This document shows positions 36,601-47,800 of a DNA stretch of 64,000 nucleotides, piece after piece. Position 1 is the stretch's first letter; each line of letters starts with the position of its first letter. Made by a program: the position numbers and the translations under genes. The notes under the pieces were generated by a model. That model saw nothing but the letters and a program-made list of their open reading frames with translations, made no database searches and was not told the DNA's origin. The stretch is from Antedon mediterranea (taxonomy: Eukaryota > Animalia > Echinodermata), in the NCBI RefSeq assembly GCF_964355755.1, contig NC_092670.1, positions 2,656,201-2,720,200 on the forward strand. The letters are read 5' to 3'.

Positions 36601-37890
36601 AGTATGTATAACAAGCGTTTACATAGTTCATTATGTAAAATCAACATCTAAATGCATTCTTTTCTTTTTTTTTAAATAACCTATACTGCATGTTAATCTT
36701 CTTTTAAGTTCATACTGCGTATGTTTTATTTTAAAACAGTATCGTAATTTTCAAACCGTCCTATTTTTGTATATTTAGGAGGAATTGTGCGTAAATAAAT
36801 ATGAGTCTGAATTAAATAATAAACACTCTTAACTAATGTTATTTCTTTTGCGTAATTAAAATTAATGCGACATCGCGGATATTCAAATTATAATTTTTTA
36901 CTAGGAGATACTTGTTTGGAACTCACTGCTTCACCTGCATCTTGTTCATGTTCATTATTATCATTTAGAAATTCTTTCATTATTTTTATATGGTTAATAC
37001 CAGATGATTATTAAAATTATACTATATATTAAATAGACAGTAGAAATCTAAAAAGTAAAAGCCGACAAATTGAAAAGCCTAAGAAATTGTGACGGATTTT
37101 CATGTCGGTTTATATGTTTTCGATTAAAAACTAAAATAAACTTTTGTTACATACATTTTTTTTCATAAATAATTTCAATATAAAGAATACGGTATTTAAA
37201 AAGAATATCTAACCATGTTTAATGGAAGTGATCTCAACGTGTAACAGTTATTATATTTAATTTATTATATTGAATGAAGGTTTTTAGTCATTGAAAACGA
37301 AATCATCACTAAATCTATCTCATTAAAATAAATAGTAAAATGAAGGCAAAGAAATACATACCTGTACTAAGTAGGCCGAGTTCTTTCTGGGCTCGTTCTC
37401 CAAGAAGACGTGCAAACTCATTCAACTCTTTTGGTAAAAGTAGTTTCTTCTCCAATTCAAATATCACATCCCAGAGGCTTTTATTCGGCTTTAGTCTATA
37501 CACTGCTGAAACCCTCCGTACCGCAGCAGGAGATCCAGATTGTCTCACAGCCCGAAAGAGTCGTTCTCGTTCTGGTTTTAACTTATTTTCACCAGTACAT
37601 TTGATATTGTTATCTTCTATATACTGACGTACAAGATGTTCAGCATCTTTTGGGCCGGTTAATCTGGTAATCTCCAGCAAAAGGTTGACATCAGTTGGTG
37701 TAATAACACCACAGCCACCTTTGCTATCGAGCTTGTTGAATAAATCATGAGCCATATATGGTGCATCATTAAGGTCAGCTAGTTGCAGATGATCACCTAG
37801 GCAAAATCTTAACAATTTGTAGTCTTCGCCTTCATAATGCTTACCAAGTTTGGCTTTCAACACTCTAAACTTACTCTCAAGGTCTGACAT
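6230..37890 (-). CDS. Multi-exon gene for a ~2370 aa DED-NACHT-LRR-ROC-COR-Death-ZU5-UPA-DED fusion protein (3' end uncertain)
   Basis: Hand-built exon chain, open frame and matching phases at all junctions, AG acceptors, GT donors (one GC): 37890-37362, 32714-32682, 32467-32420, 31325-29214, 28241-28082, 27569-27466, 27192-26929, 26079-25769, 24313-24224, 23891-23715, 23521-23276, 22836-22648, 22254-22096, 22000-21725, 21327-21244, 19126-18907, 18560-18537, 18396-18370, 18254-17973, 17648-17586, 17210-16675, 16225-16094, 14436-14289, 13809-13777, 12859-12824, 12703-12668, 12514-11987, 11541-11467, 11025-10993, 6665-6594, 6310-6230. No transcript evidence. Confidence 0.75.
7272..10238. mobile_element. 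Possible Harbinger-type non-autonomous element containing the 830 bp tandem array
   Basis: TAA|GGGCAAAATTCGGT ... ACCGATGATTTGCCC|TAA; short imperfect TIRs only. Confidence 0.4.
7527..9490. repeat. Near-identical tandem duplication, 830 bp period, about 2.4 units
   Basis: Identical ORF translations at 8424 and 9254 (same peptide from 7615); an internal ~69 bp duplication is present in units 2 and 3 only. Confidence 0.9.
10580..10645 (+). repeat. Hairpin-CTAGT terminus of a Helitron/Helentron-like repeat
   Basis: CTAGATGGTACGCGAGCGAAGCGAGCGTGCCATCTAGT; related inverted copy at ~34506-34570. Confidence 0.5.
11987..12514 (-). CDS. C-terminal tandem DED-like exon
   Basis: FKIIKLKFSQWYDRRHLLNKLKILYKDLL...LLNFLMEREHLTSHDLTLFYETI and HRLMLIQFGEELTEKDIRKM...LIMDLEMRNII; 528 nt phase 1-1 exon, similar in size and layout to the N-terminal DED-like exon. 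Confidence 0.75.
14289..17210 (-). CDS. ZU5-UPA module (exons 17210-16675, 16225-16094, 14436-14289)
   Basis: VDSKGETLYL...LVINPGAI...LSPVVRCGPPGTVFKNHCLLSFPHNA is ZU5; HFS at 16821-16813; KKTARLGVFG...QLRVRTW then beta-rich UPA-like sequence. Confidence 0.88.
14873..15467 (+). mobile_element. Helentron-associated (HINE/DINE-like) non-autonomous element
   Basis: Subterminal inverted repeats ACCTCCGCC / GGCGGAGGT, GT-rich microsatellite after the 5' end, 3' hairpin GTACTC-TCG-GAGTAC followed by CTAGTT. Confidence 0.7.
17973..18254 (-). CDS. Death domain exon
   Basis: IIRKVSEEIHNWKLFGVHLGLS...KEMMNFWR...LEVFCIALIQHGSNNLAD follows the Death-domain pattern; symmetrical phase 1-1 exon of 282 nt. 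Confidence 0.85.
18907..23521 (-). CDS. End of ROC and COR domain exons (6 exons)
   Basis: LPIKWL, LLEYLHDIVEILYYPDDEALRDIIVID, LMEKFGLM, FYVLSRL and YLPDDLFQR match COR-domain motifs of ROCO proteins. Confidence 0.85.
19278..20937. mobile_element. Foldback-like non-autonomous DNA transposon built from 21 bp repeats
   Basis: TIRs start TACGAAAGCCCATTAATGCCATTTTAAGTATATG and extend ~280 bp; 6 bp duplication CAATCA (19272-19277, 20938-20943); interior is a 21 bp minisatellite in both orientations. Confidence 0.88.
20985..21140 (-). mobile_element. Possible Deu/Nin-domain SINE fragment
   Basis: Minus strand has GGATAAGGACTTATAAC...AACCCTG...TTCAGAAGAGTAGGGGG, recalled as similar to the conserved central domain of these SINEs; not searched. 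Confidence 0.4.
23715..28241 (-). CDS. ROC GTPase domain exons (6 exons)
   Basis: Pre-ROC LPVEIWARGPEAVNAFNEALKEG, G1 RVIFVGLEGVGKTS, G2 VTDGI, G3 ISDFGGQPIYH, FILSWIRSI, G4 PPVLLIGTHLN. Largely missed by the ORF track because the exons are short. Confidence 0.88.
24357..25275 (+). mobile_element. Dispersed ~920 bp repeat with a terminal hairpin (copy 2, intronic)
   Basis: Shares blocks such as gactgcttagaggttaaatataagattt and cgaggagccgaatcaccggatgttcagcgc with the reverse complement of 3950-4907. Confidence 0.75.
26183..26399. repeat. Palindromic Penelope pLTR-like repeat with a degenerate hammerhead core
   Basis: Inverted arms aaagtttgcagtacacca...gggtttctc / gagaaaccc...tggtgtactgcaaacttt; CTGAGGAcGAT...ATCGAAAC at 26311-26341; internally deleted relative at ~33154-33285. 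Confidence 0.6.
29214..31325 (-). CDS. Large exon: NACHT NTPase, helical/winged-helix region and about 2 LRRs
   Basis: Walker A GEGGIGKT (31098-31075), Walker B VVLLLDGLEE, sensor-1 ILTSR, CKNPMIL, winged-helix FMPPHKLIVESLVGFYL, LRR-like LYHLDISDSNL and LMTLNMVDCNL. Donor GTAAGT at 29213. Confidence 0.92.
32880..32996 (-). pseudogene. Dead duplicate of the 5' end of the NACHT exon
   Basis: EKIEAYLLQRQKELCR*ASEFTSVIMRHRYNVDI versus EKIEEYLLQRQRELCSQASIFTPATMRGRYSVDI at 31325; the flanking intron (~33000-34030) is also homologous to ~31330-32140. Confidence 0.85.
37362..37890 (-). CDS. First coding exon: tandem death-effector-like (DED-like) domains
   Basis: MSDLESKFRVLKAKLGKHYEGEDYKLLRFCLGDHL...DLFNKLDSKG...ITPTDVNLLLEITRL resembles the DED pattern; second weaker copy ...SLWDVIFELEKK. 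Acceptor ttttgcag before 37910 implies an upstream non-coding exon; donor GTATGT at 37361. Alternative ATG at 37902. Confidence 0.7.
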
Positions 37891-39404
37891 TTTTCGAAAC
37901 ATGCGTTTGTCTGCAAAAACAAATTTTAACATGACGAATATAATCAGGAATATGTTTTATGTTGTATTTTTTATTTTTGCGCTACTTATGTCTGTCTAAT
38001 TGTATGTTACCGTCATGAGCTGGCTACAGCATGTTAGAATTCTATTAGAAGGGGTTCGAACTAATTAATCTGCCAGTAAAGCATTTTTTAGAATTTCATA
38101 TATTTTTAGAAGATCTGTTTTCAGAGCTACAGTCTAAACTGCTCTTTTTATATATAGCTTTAACACACCTCCTAAAATGCCCCTTTTTCACACATTTTGC
38201 AATGATTAACACACATTAGAATGTTACAAATACAGTACACTGTGCCGAGACCACTTAGGACTACATTGTGGTATTCCAATTTCAATGTTTTTGTTGAATA
38301 TTTTATTATTGTATCATCAACCTGTGTTCTTTCTTTAAGGTTTTTTTTTCAATAATAGAAGAATGTGATCAACTGTATCGACTCATTTGTATATAATATA
38401 TCTAAAAAAAAAAACATGTTCCGATCCTTCTTCCTGCTTATTTAGAGATTCAATCCATTCAATCACTATCAATGTTTGGGAATCTTATATTGGTCTATAT
38501 TGATTAATATTAATATAAGCTGAATGACGAATGACAGAACATCATGTCAACGTCATTTGCGTGAACAAGGCTACTGAAAGTAGCTGAAACGTAGCAAGTA
38601 TGTACTTGTCAACTGGTTTAACTAAAAGTTAACCTTTATTTATTTAAATATTCATTGAAACCAGATGAAATTTTTTGAGAATAAGCTGAATTGTTTAAAT
38701 AATCCGCTAATTGATTCTGTATGATCCGTTCCAGAATTCTAGAAACATGAACAATTACAAAATTGTCTATAGTTATTTAAAATAATCACCAAGTCGGATA
38801 CTGTACATCAGTATCAATAATTGTAAATGAAAATGTTTTCTTGGATCATTCCAAGAAAGAAAGAAGTAAATGAAATGTATACATTCTGGATTATTCTTGC
38901 TTGAATTTGAATCTAGTTTTCTAATGGAAAACGTCTGCCCTTACCAAAGCAGAATGCTTAAATAGCCTTCGCTAACCATTCGCTAGGCATTCGAATGCTA
39001 ATTTACAGGTAATTTTTAGAATTTAGGCATTCATGGTTAAAACCACTTAAATGGAATGCTAAGAAAAGTTTCCAAGCATTCTTTAGGAATGCTTACAAGA
39101 GTCAATAAGCATTCAGAAGCTATCCCGAATGGCTGGTAGTGTCAATGCTAAAGATCATTGCAAGCATTCGGTGGAGATATTCTGAATGGTAGTGTGAATG
39201 CTAAGAACATTGGTAGCATTCAGGAGATATTTTGAATGGTAGTGTGAATGCTAAGATCATTGGTAGCATTCAGGAACAGATGTTGAATGGTAAACAGGGA
39301 AATAAGTGAATGCTCAACCAATCAGATCAATCCTCACATACTTCCAAAAAACAAGGGTGTCACGAAAGCTCAGACCACGAAAGCTCAGACCCCCTAAGGA
39401 CCTA

Positions 39405-42056
39405 TAGTCCAGTCAAAAATCACCCTCACCATGGTATAAGAACGTACCCTAATAAAATTTCATCCGTAGGTTCTATGTATATAGGTAATAACATTTCTTG
39501 ATGTTGCGTCTTGCAAAACTTGGGATTTTACGAGAAAATTAGACTTTTATACCCAATTTATAACCGCCTCATGTCGTATTATCGTGTACAGCGAATTCGA
39601 CGAAGCGTGACTAAAATTACGAGACGCCGTTAGCGCCCGTTGAAAAATGCATTAACAAAGCTAAAAACCTACAAAATTAATAGTTTATACAATAATTTAA
39701 ATATAGTTTACAATAAATTGTATAATAAAATACATAACATATAAAGAAAACCCAAGTATAATCTCAAATATTTACAGATATGTGTTTAAAAATGTACAAA
39801 TCAAAATGGCCTTCCATAAAATAAAGTGCGCCCTCACTCGTCATACTTTTATCGGACTTGTATGGATGGTTATCAAGGCATTAATATATGAAACACGATG
39901 CGGTTTGTTAGTTATTGCCTCTGCAAGAGGCAGAATATTATATTTTCACAAATATATTTCTAATTTTTATCATGGAAAAAAAGAATTGTATATATTTAAA
40001 CACATTACAACCTCCAGGATACCATCATGATGGATTAAGTGTATATTTATAGCCTATATCTGCTGAAGCGTAATGATCTACTAGTTTTGCTGGTTTTATT
40101 TTTAGACATTCTTTTTTTTTCACAGCATTACTTGCGTGGATATCACAATGCATTGCATATTTTGAACTATCATTCGCGATTATGATCTTAATTAGTGTAA
40201 GAACCAATCATTTAAGGATAATCCATTTCGTGTAGGCCTATACGAAAGATACTAGGCCCTACCTCAAGTAGCCCTACTTTCACTTTCCAACAATTATTAA
40301 GAGCGTATCAAAGGGGCTGGTTGGCATTCGTCTGAATCAACATTTATCATTTTTCCCTTTCACCCGCCGATGCCCCCACTGCCAATGGGTAGGAGGAGCC
40401 GGTTTGATCCTCTCTGAATCCGTCTGGCCTTCACATCGTACCGATGTGTGAAGTTTGAGCCAATAAACGTCATTCATGACGATTCTTTAAGTTCGAAGTC
40501 GTCTTCCAGAATTCAAAGCATTCTAAATTTAAAGTATTTTCCCGTTTTTCCACCGTTCACATTTCACTAAATAAAAGAAAGTGAGAATGTTGGAGTGTGA
40601 TTCGCGAGAAACGACATACTGTATTACCCAATTCTTCCAATTTTTTAAGACGTGACGTATATTAAATACATTCTAATATAAAGTGTTTTGGTTGAGAGTA
40701 GTCCTACAATTATTATTGGACATTTTATACACAAAAGCATGTCATAAACGATCGGTTCACCTCCACGGCCTGAAAGTTCTCACTTGGGACAAAAAAGTAA
40801 AGTCCAGAACAAAAGTTTTATATGCATTTATTTCAAATATTGTTATCCGCCGAGTCCGACGCATTTTAATGCATTTAAATACAATTTAAAAAGCTTGGGA
40901 GAACACAGTAGTTTAATTTGTTGGCTTATTCAAATGCTTATAAATGACGTTTAAAAGATGTAGGCTATTTTTCCCAAAAGTGAAGATGAACATTAATTAA
41001 TTAATTAAATGTAAAAGAATAACACAGTTATCCGTCAGAAGTCTTCGAACAGAAAGAACCTTCGGTGGCAGGATTACATTTTCTAAAACACGAAATTGTC
41101 TCACACATCATACGATATGGATGCCAATAAACAATTCAAAGAAAATTAAACAAAACTAACAATCACAAGGATTCTTTGTTGCGGATAACCAATGAGAAAA
41201 TATTTCAGAGTACTTTATTAATTTAAATCTTTATTATATCGTATACGCGAAATGGACTGTCATTTAAAAATGATTCTTACTCAAATTAATATTGACTATA
41301 ATCGCGAATAAACAAATGCATTGTGATATCCACGCAAGTAATGCTGTGAAAAAAAGAATGTCCAGAATATAACCAGCAAGATCATTACGCTATAGCATAT
41401 ACAATACGGCGCTTCACTTAATCCATCATGATGGTAGACTGGAGGTTGTAATGTGTTTAAATATATACAATTCTTTTTTTCCATGATAAAAACTAGAAAT
41501 ATATTTGTGAAAATATAATATTCTGCCTCTTGCAGAGGCAATAACTAACAAACCGCATCGGGTTTCGTATTATTAATGCCTTGTATAACCATCATCCATA
41601 CAAGTCCGATAAAAGTATGACGAGTGAGGGCGCACTTTATTTTATGGAAGGCCATTTTGATTTGTACATTTTTAAACACATATCTGTAAATATTTGAGAT
41701 TATACTTGAGTTTTCTTTATATGTTATGTATTTTATTATACAATTTATTGTAAACTATATTTAAATTATTGTATAAACTATTAATTTTGTAGGTTTTTAG
41801 CTTTGTTAATGCATTTTTCAACGGGCGCAAACGGCGTCTCGTAATTTCAGTCACGCTTCGTCGCATTCGCTGTACACAATAATACGACATGAGGTAGTTA
41901 TAAATTGGGTATAAAAGTCAAATTTTCTCGTAAAATCCCAAGTTTTGCAAGACGCAACATCAAGAAATGTTATTACCTATATACATAGAACCTACGGATG
42001 AAATTTTATTAGGGTACGTTCTTATACCATGGTGAGGGTGATTTTTGACTGGACTA
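39405..42056. mobile_element. Long-TIR non-autonomous DNA element with TA duplication (nest level 3)
   Basis: TIRs start TAGTCCAGTCAAAAATCACCCTCACCATGG, near-identical for ~620 bp and recognisable for ~750 bp; removing it restores the host left TIR (ccta|agatcacg). Confidence 0.88.
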
Positions 42057-43916
42057 TAAGATCACGATTTATACTAAGACCCAACACCTAAGATTACAAA
42101 TATTTATCTTTCGCACCTGCCTTGTATTTTAACTCCCAACATTTATTCTGAATACCACACCTTAGAATTGGCACTTTCATGAAAAAGAATCACATAAAAA
42201 GTAACAAATACATTTTTAAATTGATGATTTTACAGACGTTTTTCTCGCACACAAAATGACTAGCCTACAGTACAGTAGGCCTACCCCATGGGCCATGTTC
42301 AATGTTTTTGTTTCTATGGAACGTCAAAAAAGCAAAAATTATATAGAGGGCTGAAAACTCTGTGGAGTCCATCTACAGTGTGGATGGAACAATGTAAAAT
42401 TAAAATTATATGATAATAGTATAATCATGCAAGTACGAAGAAATAAATACTGGCAAATAAATTTTAATTTAAAAATCATGATAAGTTTTTTTGTTTCGTT
42501 TTCTTTCTGTTTTTATACTTGTACTATTATTGTTGCTCTTTTGGCGCTCCATAGAAACAAAAACATTGAGCATGGTGTAATATAACGATATACTTTTATA
42601 TTTAAGAAATCGACCTTTGTATCGGAATTCAAATAGGTTCACAAACTTGACCCAGAAAGTCCAGAGGAGAGTTTGTCCAGATGTTTTAATGACCATTTAG
42701 TTTATAATAGAATCCCTGAAGAAAACACTTAGCTTAATTTTGTGACTGTTCCCATCGTAAAACAATTAGATATTGACAGTTTTTAGCAGAGATTCGACAG
42801 GGCCAATTCATCATTGTAACCACCCCAGATAAGATCAATCATTCCCATTTAAACACCCCTGGATCAACTTAGGACCAATCGTTACCCTCACAGATTACGT
42901 AGTGACATATGCAAATGAACCGAGGGCCAATATACTCCCAAGTTTCAGAAGAGCCCAGACACACCTCACAGCCACTTCTTCAGAAGAACATCTACACCTT
43001 ACAGCCACTTCTCCAGAAGCAGACCTACACACTTCACACCTCACCGACAGCATCATTGATCCTCCGTTCCTTATCTATACTTATAGTTGTATATTGTACT
43101 GAAGTATTATACTGAATAAACAATATATGTGTTACGACAGTCAAGCGAGTTAGAGTCTTTCATTAGTACCTCAACAACGCAACAATATATTACATGGTGG
43201 AAGACCCAAATTTCATAAGGAACAGAGTGAGAAAACACGAAATAAACACTTAAAAAGACACGAAGACGAAGACAAAAATAACCATATTTGTTTGAAAGGA
43301 GAAAACCAGAAATTTACTTTGACTCAAAAGACAAGCTGAAATTATATTTGAATGAGATCGAGACAAGCAGAAATTTTATCAAATTATTACCATTGGATGA
43401 AGACAAAGAAGATAATCGAGGAAGACACAAAAGACAAGCTGAAATTATATTTGAATGAGATCGAGACAAGCAGAAATTTTATCAAATTATAACCATTGGA
43501 TAAAGACAAAGAAGATAATCGAGGAAGACCCAAGCAGAATCAAAACAGAAGCAAGCGGACAAGAACTGTTTCGTTTGGACACTTTCAACTTCACGCCGTT
43601 TTTTTTTTTCGATCGTTTTTTAACATTTACTTTTTTTGAACATTGATGAACACCTTTCGAATTTTTTTTGAATTCGTTGTTTGAAAAGGTGAACATTGAT
43701 GAGCACTTTAACATTTCTTTAATTCGTTGTTTGAACATTTAAACATTTTTGAACACTTTTTGCTTTCCTTTAATTCATTTTTAATTGGATCCGAAGCATT
43801 TGGGGTAAGTCAAAACCATTTTGATTTTTGATTTGTAACCTTGATTGAAAAGTGAGAGTTTACATATATATACACTAAATTGTTTTTGATATTTTGATTA
43901 ATTAATATTATAAAGT

Positions 43917-44875
43917 ATGGTCGACGTTGTTGATAACGAAGTAATTTTAAATGAGCCCGTCAATCCTCACCCCGTGCCCCACCTAAGACAAACCGATTTC
44001 CTTCCCAAAAGATATGACGGTTCCATAACCGATCACGACCAATGTAGTGCACACTACTTATCGTTTACCGACTACTGTACCTTGAGGCCCACACTTTAGA
44101 AAACCCTGTAAACAATGCCCAATTAATTAATGTAATAAGTATTTTCAAACGTAGCCTTCAGGGCCAAGCTAGACTCTGGATTGAGGGAAAGCAGTTCGAT
44201 TCACTGGAATCCTTAAAAACCCAATTCATCAACAGGTTTAGTAAAAACAAATCAATCTATGCGCACATAAGAGAATACGATTCAATTACTTACACCACTG
44301 GCGACAACGCCGAAAAACACTTAACCAAAATCAAACAAGCCGCAGACAGAATTGGATACGCTGACCAGCAGATAAAGAATAAATTTATTTCGATCCTTCC
44401 ACCAAAATGTAGAGCAGCTGTAGCCATGTCCACCCCAATCGATGCCACTATTGACAATATCGTAAATAGCACACAAAATTACCTTGACCTTTCCGTAGAT
44501 GATTCCACACGGGAAGTTTCATTCAATATCAATAAGGAAACAGATAATAGTCTGGAATCGCTCCAACATGAGATAAATTCTCTTAAGTTAGATATAGCCA
44601 CAACAAAAAGATCCCTTAATGATGATACTCGACGCTCACGTTCCCCCACCCGAAATTATATCCCAAGACGAAACCGAAGCCCATACAAACCCCGATTCCA
44701 GACCCCACCGACCCCAAGATATAGACAACCTCCCCCAACCTGTTATTACTGCGGGAAACCAGGCCACATAGCAAGGCACTGCCGACAACAAAACCGCTCT
44801 TACGGAAACTATCCCCCGCCATACCCATACCAACAGTCAAACAATTACTACCCTAGCCACCAGCAGGATTTTTAA
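43917..44875 (+). pseudogene. gag: gag with CCHC zinc knuckle, frameshifted by a 5 bp insertion
   Basis: CYYCGKPGHIARHC; removing CTGTA at ~44075-44079 gives continuous ...FTDYLEAHTLENP...SLQGQARLWI. Confidence 0.85.
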
Positions 44876-44887
44876 AAAGGGGACTAG

Positions 44888-47800
44888 ATGCCGCCTATAA
44901 TCTGGCCCCCCCATACTAAATACGACAATTTTAAGGCAAAATACTTAGGGAATTCAGATAATATTGATTTGTTACTTAACGACAGAAATTACGTTAAAGG
45001 AAATTTACCAGATGGTAGAAATGTTTTAACTTTATTTGACAGTGGTTCAACTAGAACTATAATCTCACAATCGTACGTTAATTCCTCACTTTATTTATCG
45101 CGTTTAAAGCCAGTTAAAGTGAACACAACTAAATTTCGATTAGGTAACGGTGACTTCTTATATGCCAACCACTTAGTGCAATTCGAATTATTTATCCAAG
45201 GACACAAATTTAAAATGTCAGCATTAATCGTTAAAAATTTGACAGGTATTGACCTGATACTTGAAACCGAAACATTGTCTGAACTCGACGGTACTTTAAA
45301 TTTTAAGGAAAACACCTTTCGCATTAGACCAAAGATTTTTAGCTTTCGTCCAGTACACAAGATTTTTCTTAAACCCGGTGATACTAAAACAGTTAAATTA
45401 AAAGGAAGGGTTCCCGCCTTCGTACGCAATTCTGATGTTGTTCTACATGCAACCACCCATATTTCAAAACTTTGTCCATCAGATATGTTAGTAAAATTAC
45501 ACAGAGGAGAAACCAACATTGATATCACTAACAACACAAACAGAAACGTATCTCTAAATACACATCAACCTATCGCGAGCCTTCACTTAACCAACCTTGT
45601 AACAGTTACTAACGACCTACCAATAGATAGAATAAAGTTGACCAATGACAACGCAAACAAGTACCCACATTTAGAACGTACAGACCCATTGCTAACTTTA
45701 ACCGAGGAAGAAATAATTAGAAAACAAGTTGATTTAACAGACAGCGTTTTAACACATAGAGAAAAAGAAGATTTGTATAAAACCTTACAACAAAACAGAA
45801 ACGCATTTTCACTTTATGGTGAACTATCTAGCTGCCCAAACTTCAAAGCTGACATACACCTCTCTAATGATGAACCATTTTTTATTCGACCATACTTCGC
45901 GACAGACAAAGACAAACATGTTATTGAGGCCGAATTGAACAAATTAGTCAAATTAGGAATCTTAGCAGTAGGACACCAATCGTATACTTCCCCTGTCCTT
46001 CTTGTTTCAAAGAAAAATTCAAAAGATAAAAGAGTTGTCACAGACTTTCGCTATCTAAATTCCAGGATAAAACGTATTAATCACCCATTCCCATTATTAG
46101 CCGAAACTCTGAAAACAATAGGTAACGCTAATGCACAGATTCTTAGCGTAATTGATTTGAAATCAGCGTTCCACTGTGTACCATTAGCCGAACATGCCCA
46201 ACAATATACAGGTATAGCTTCATATCATGGTGGAAAGCATTATTATTATAAGAGATTAGCACAAGGATTAAACGTTTCACCAGGTATATTTCAAGCAAAG
46301 ATTGACGAAATTTTAAATGAAATCCCAAATTCTAGAGAATTCTGTATCGCCCATCATGATGATATTATTTTATTTAGCCAAGACAAATTTGCTCATAAGC
46401 AGCACCTTGTTTCCGTTTTACAAGCCCTACAATTAAATGGTTTTAGAATTTGTCCAAAGAAATGTAAGTTATTCAAGAATAAAGTGCAATATATGGGACA
46501 CACCATCCTGATTAATTCTTCAGGACACGCATGTATCACGTATTAGGCGACAGGTGTGCAGCTATCCGAAATTTGCCAGTCCCACGAACCCATAAAGAAA
46601 CTAAACGATTTATTGGTGCAGTAAATTATGTATCCCATTTTTTCCCTCAAATACAATCAATTTTACGTCCGTTACATACACTCGCAAGTAAACGCCGAAA
46701 ATTTATTTGGTCCACTGACCACCAGAAAGCATTTGACGAAATTAAACAATTAATGGTTAAACCACCAACTCTTCAAATGCCTAGAAAAGAAGGTAGATTT
46801 ACGCTATATAGCGACACTTCAAGAACCGCAACAGGTTCATATTTAACACAAACAGTAAACGGTAAAGAACACATAATAGGTTATTATTCCAAAATCTTAC
46901 CACAAGCCTGTCAACGATATAGCGTCACAGAATTAGAGTTATTTGGACTTTACATTAACGTTTCAGCATTTCGACACTTACTAAAGGGTTGCGAATTTGA
47001 TGCATTCGTAGACCACTCAGCAATTGTACAAATTTGGAATTCAAAAGATCAGCCATGTACACCCCGTTTACAGAAACTAATATTACGATTGTCCGGATAC
47101 ATTTTCCAAATTGGTTATAAGAAAGGAACTGAATTAGTTTTAGCAGATTTCCTCTCCCGAGCCCCTCGTGATGACGATTCCGAAATTGATCAAGTTGTAC
47201 CCATTGCATTTAATATTACAGAGACTGAATCTCTTAACCCGATTACAAACACATCTACTAGCAGACCAGTAACAAGGTCATACGCCAAGAAAATGGGAAT
47301 AAATATACCTGACCTACATAAACCCAAACCAGTACAAACGCCCGTCATTAATCAAAACCCAGTGACACCAAACACGCGACCTACACCTCAACCTTCCGCT
47401 ACACCACAGATAATCACGAGACAACAAACAAACGCACATCGATCACCGCCTATCATAACGCCACCTATCGTAACACCACCCCCAATACGTAATGTAAACA
47501 TTCGACAACCTCCAGAGGAACGACTAATAGACAAAAATAAGAAAAGCAAAGATACTACACATCGAAACGTACCAGTTGAATTGTATACATCGCCCAAACA
47601 ACTAGTACCCAACATAACTGAATTTAAGTCAGCACACATCCCAAAACAACAAGACTTAGATAGATTAATGGATGTTATTCAAAGAAAGATAATTAGAGAT
47701 TATAACCTCCCAGTAGATGTTAAACAATTACGTGTTGAACAAGAAACTTCACCATTTTTTAAGCCAGTTTACGATTATTTAGCTCATGATATCCTTCCAG

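Noticed and set aside
43195-43212. Assigning the PBS to a specific tRNA
   Set aside because: TGGTGGAAGAC does not clearly match a tRNA 3' end I can identify without a search.
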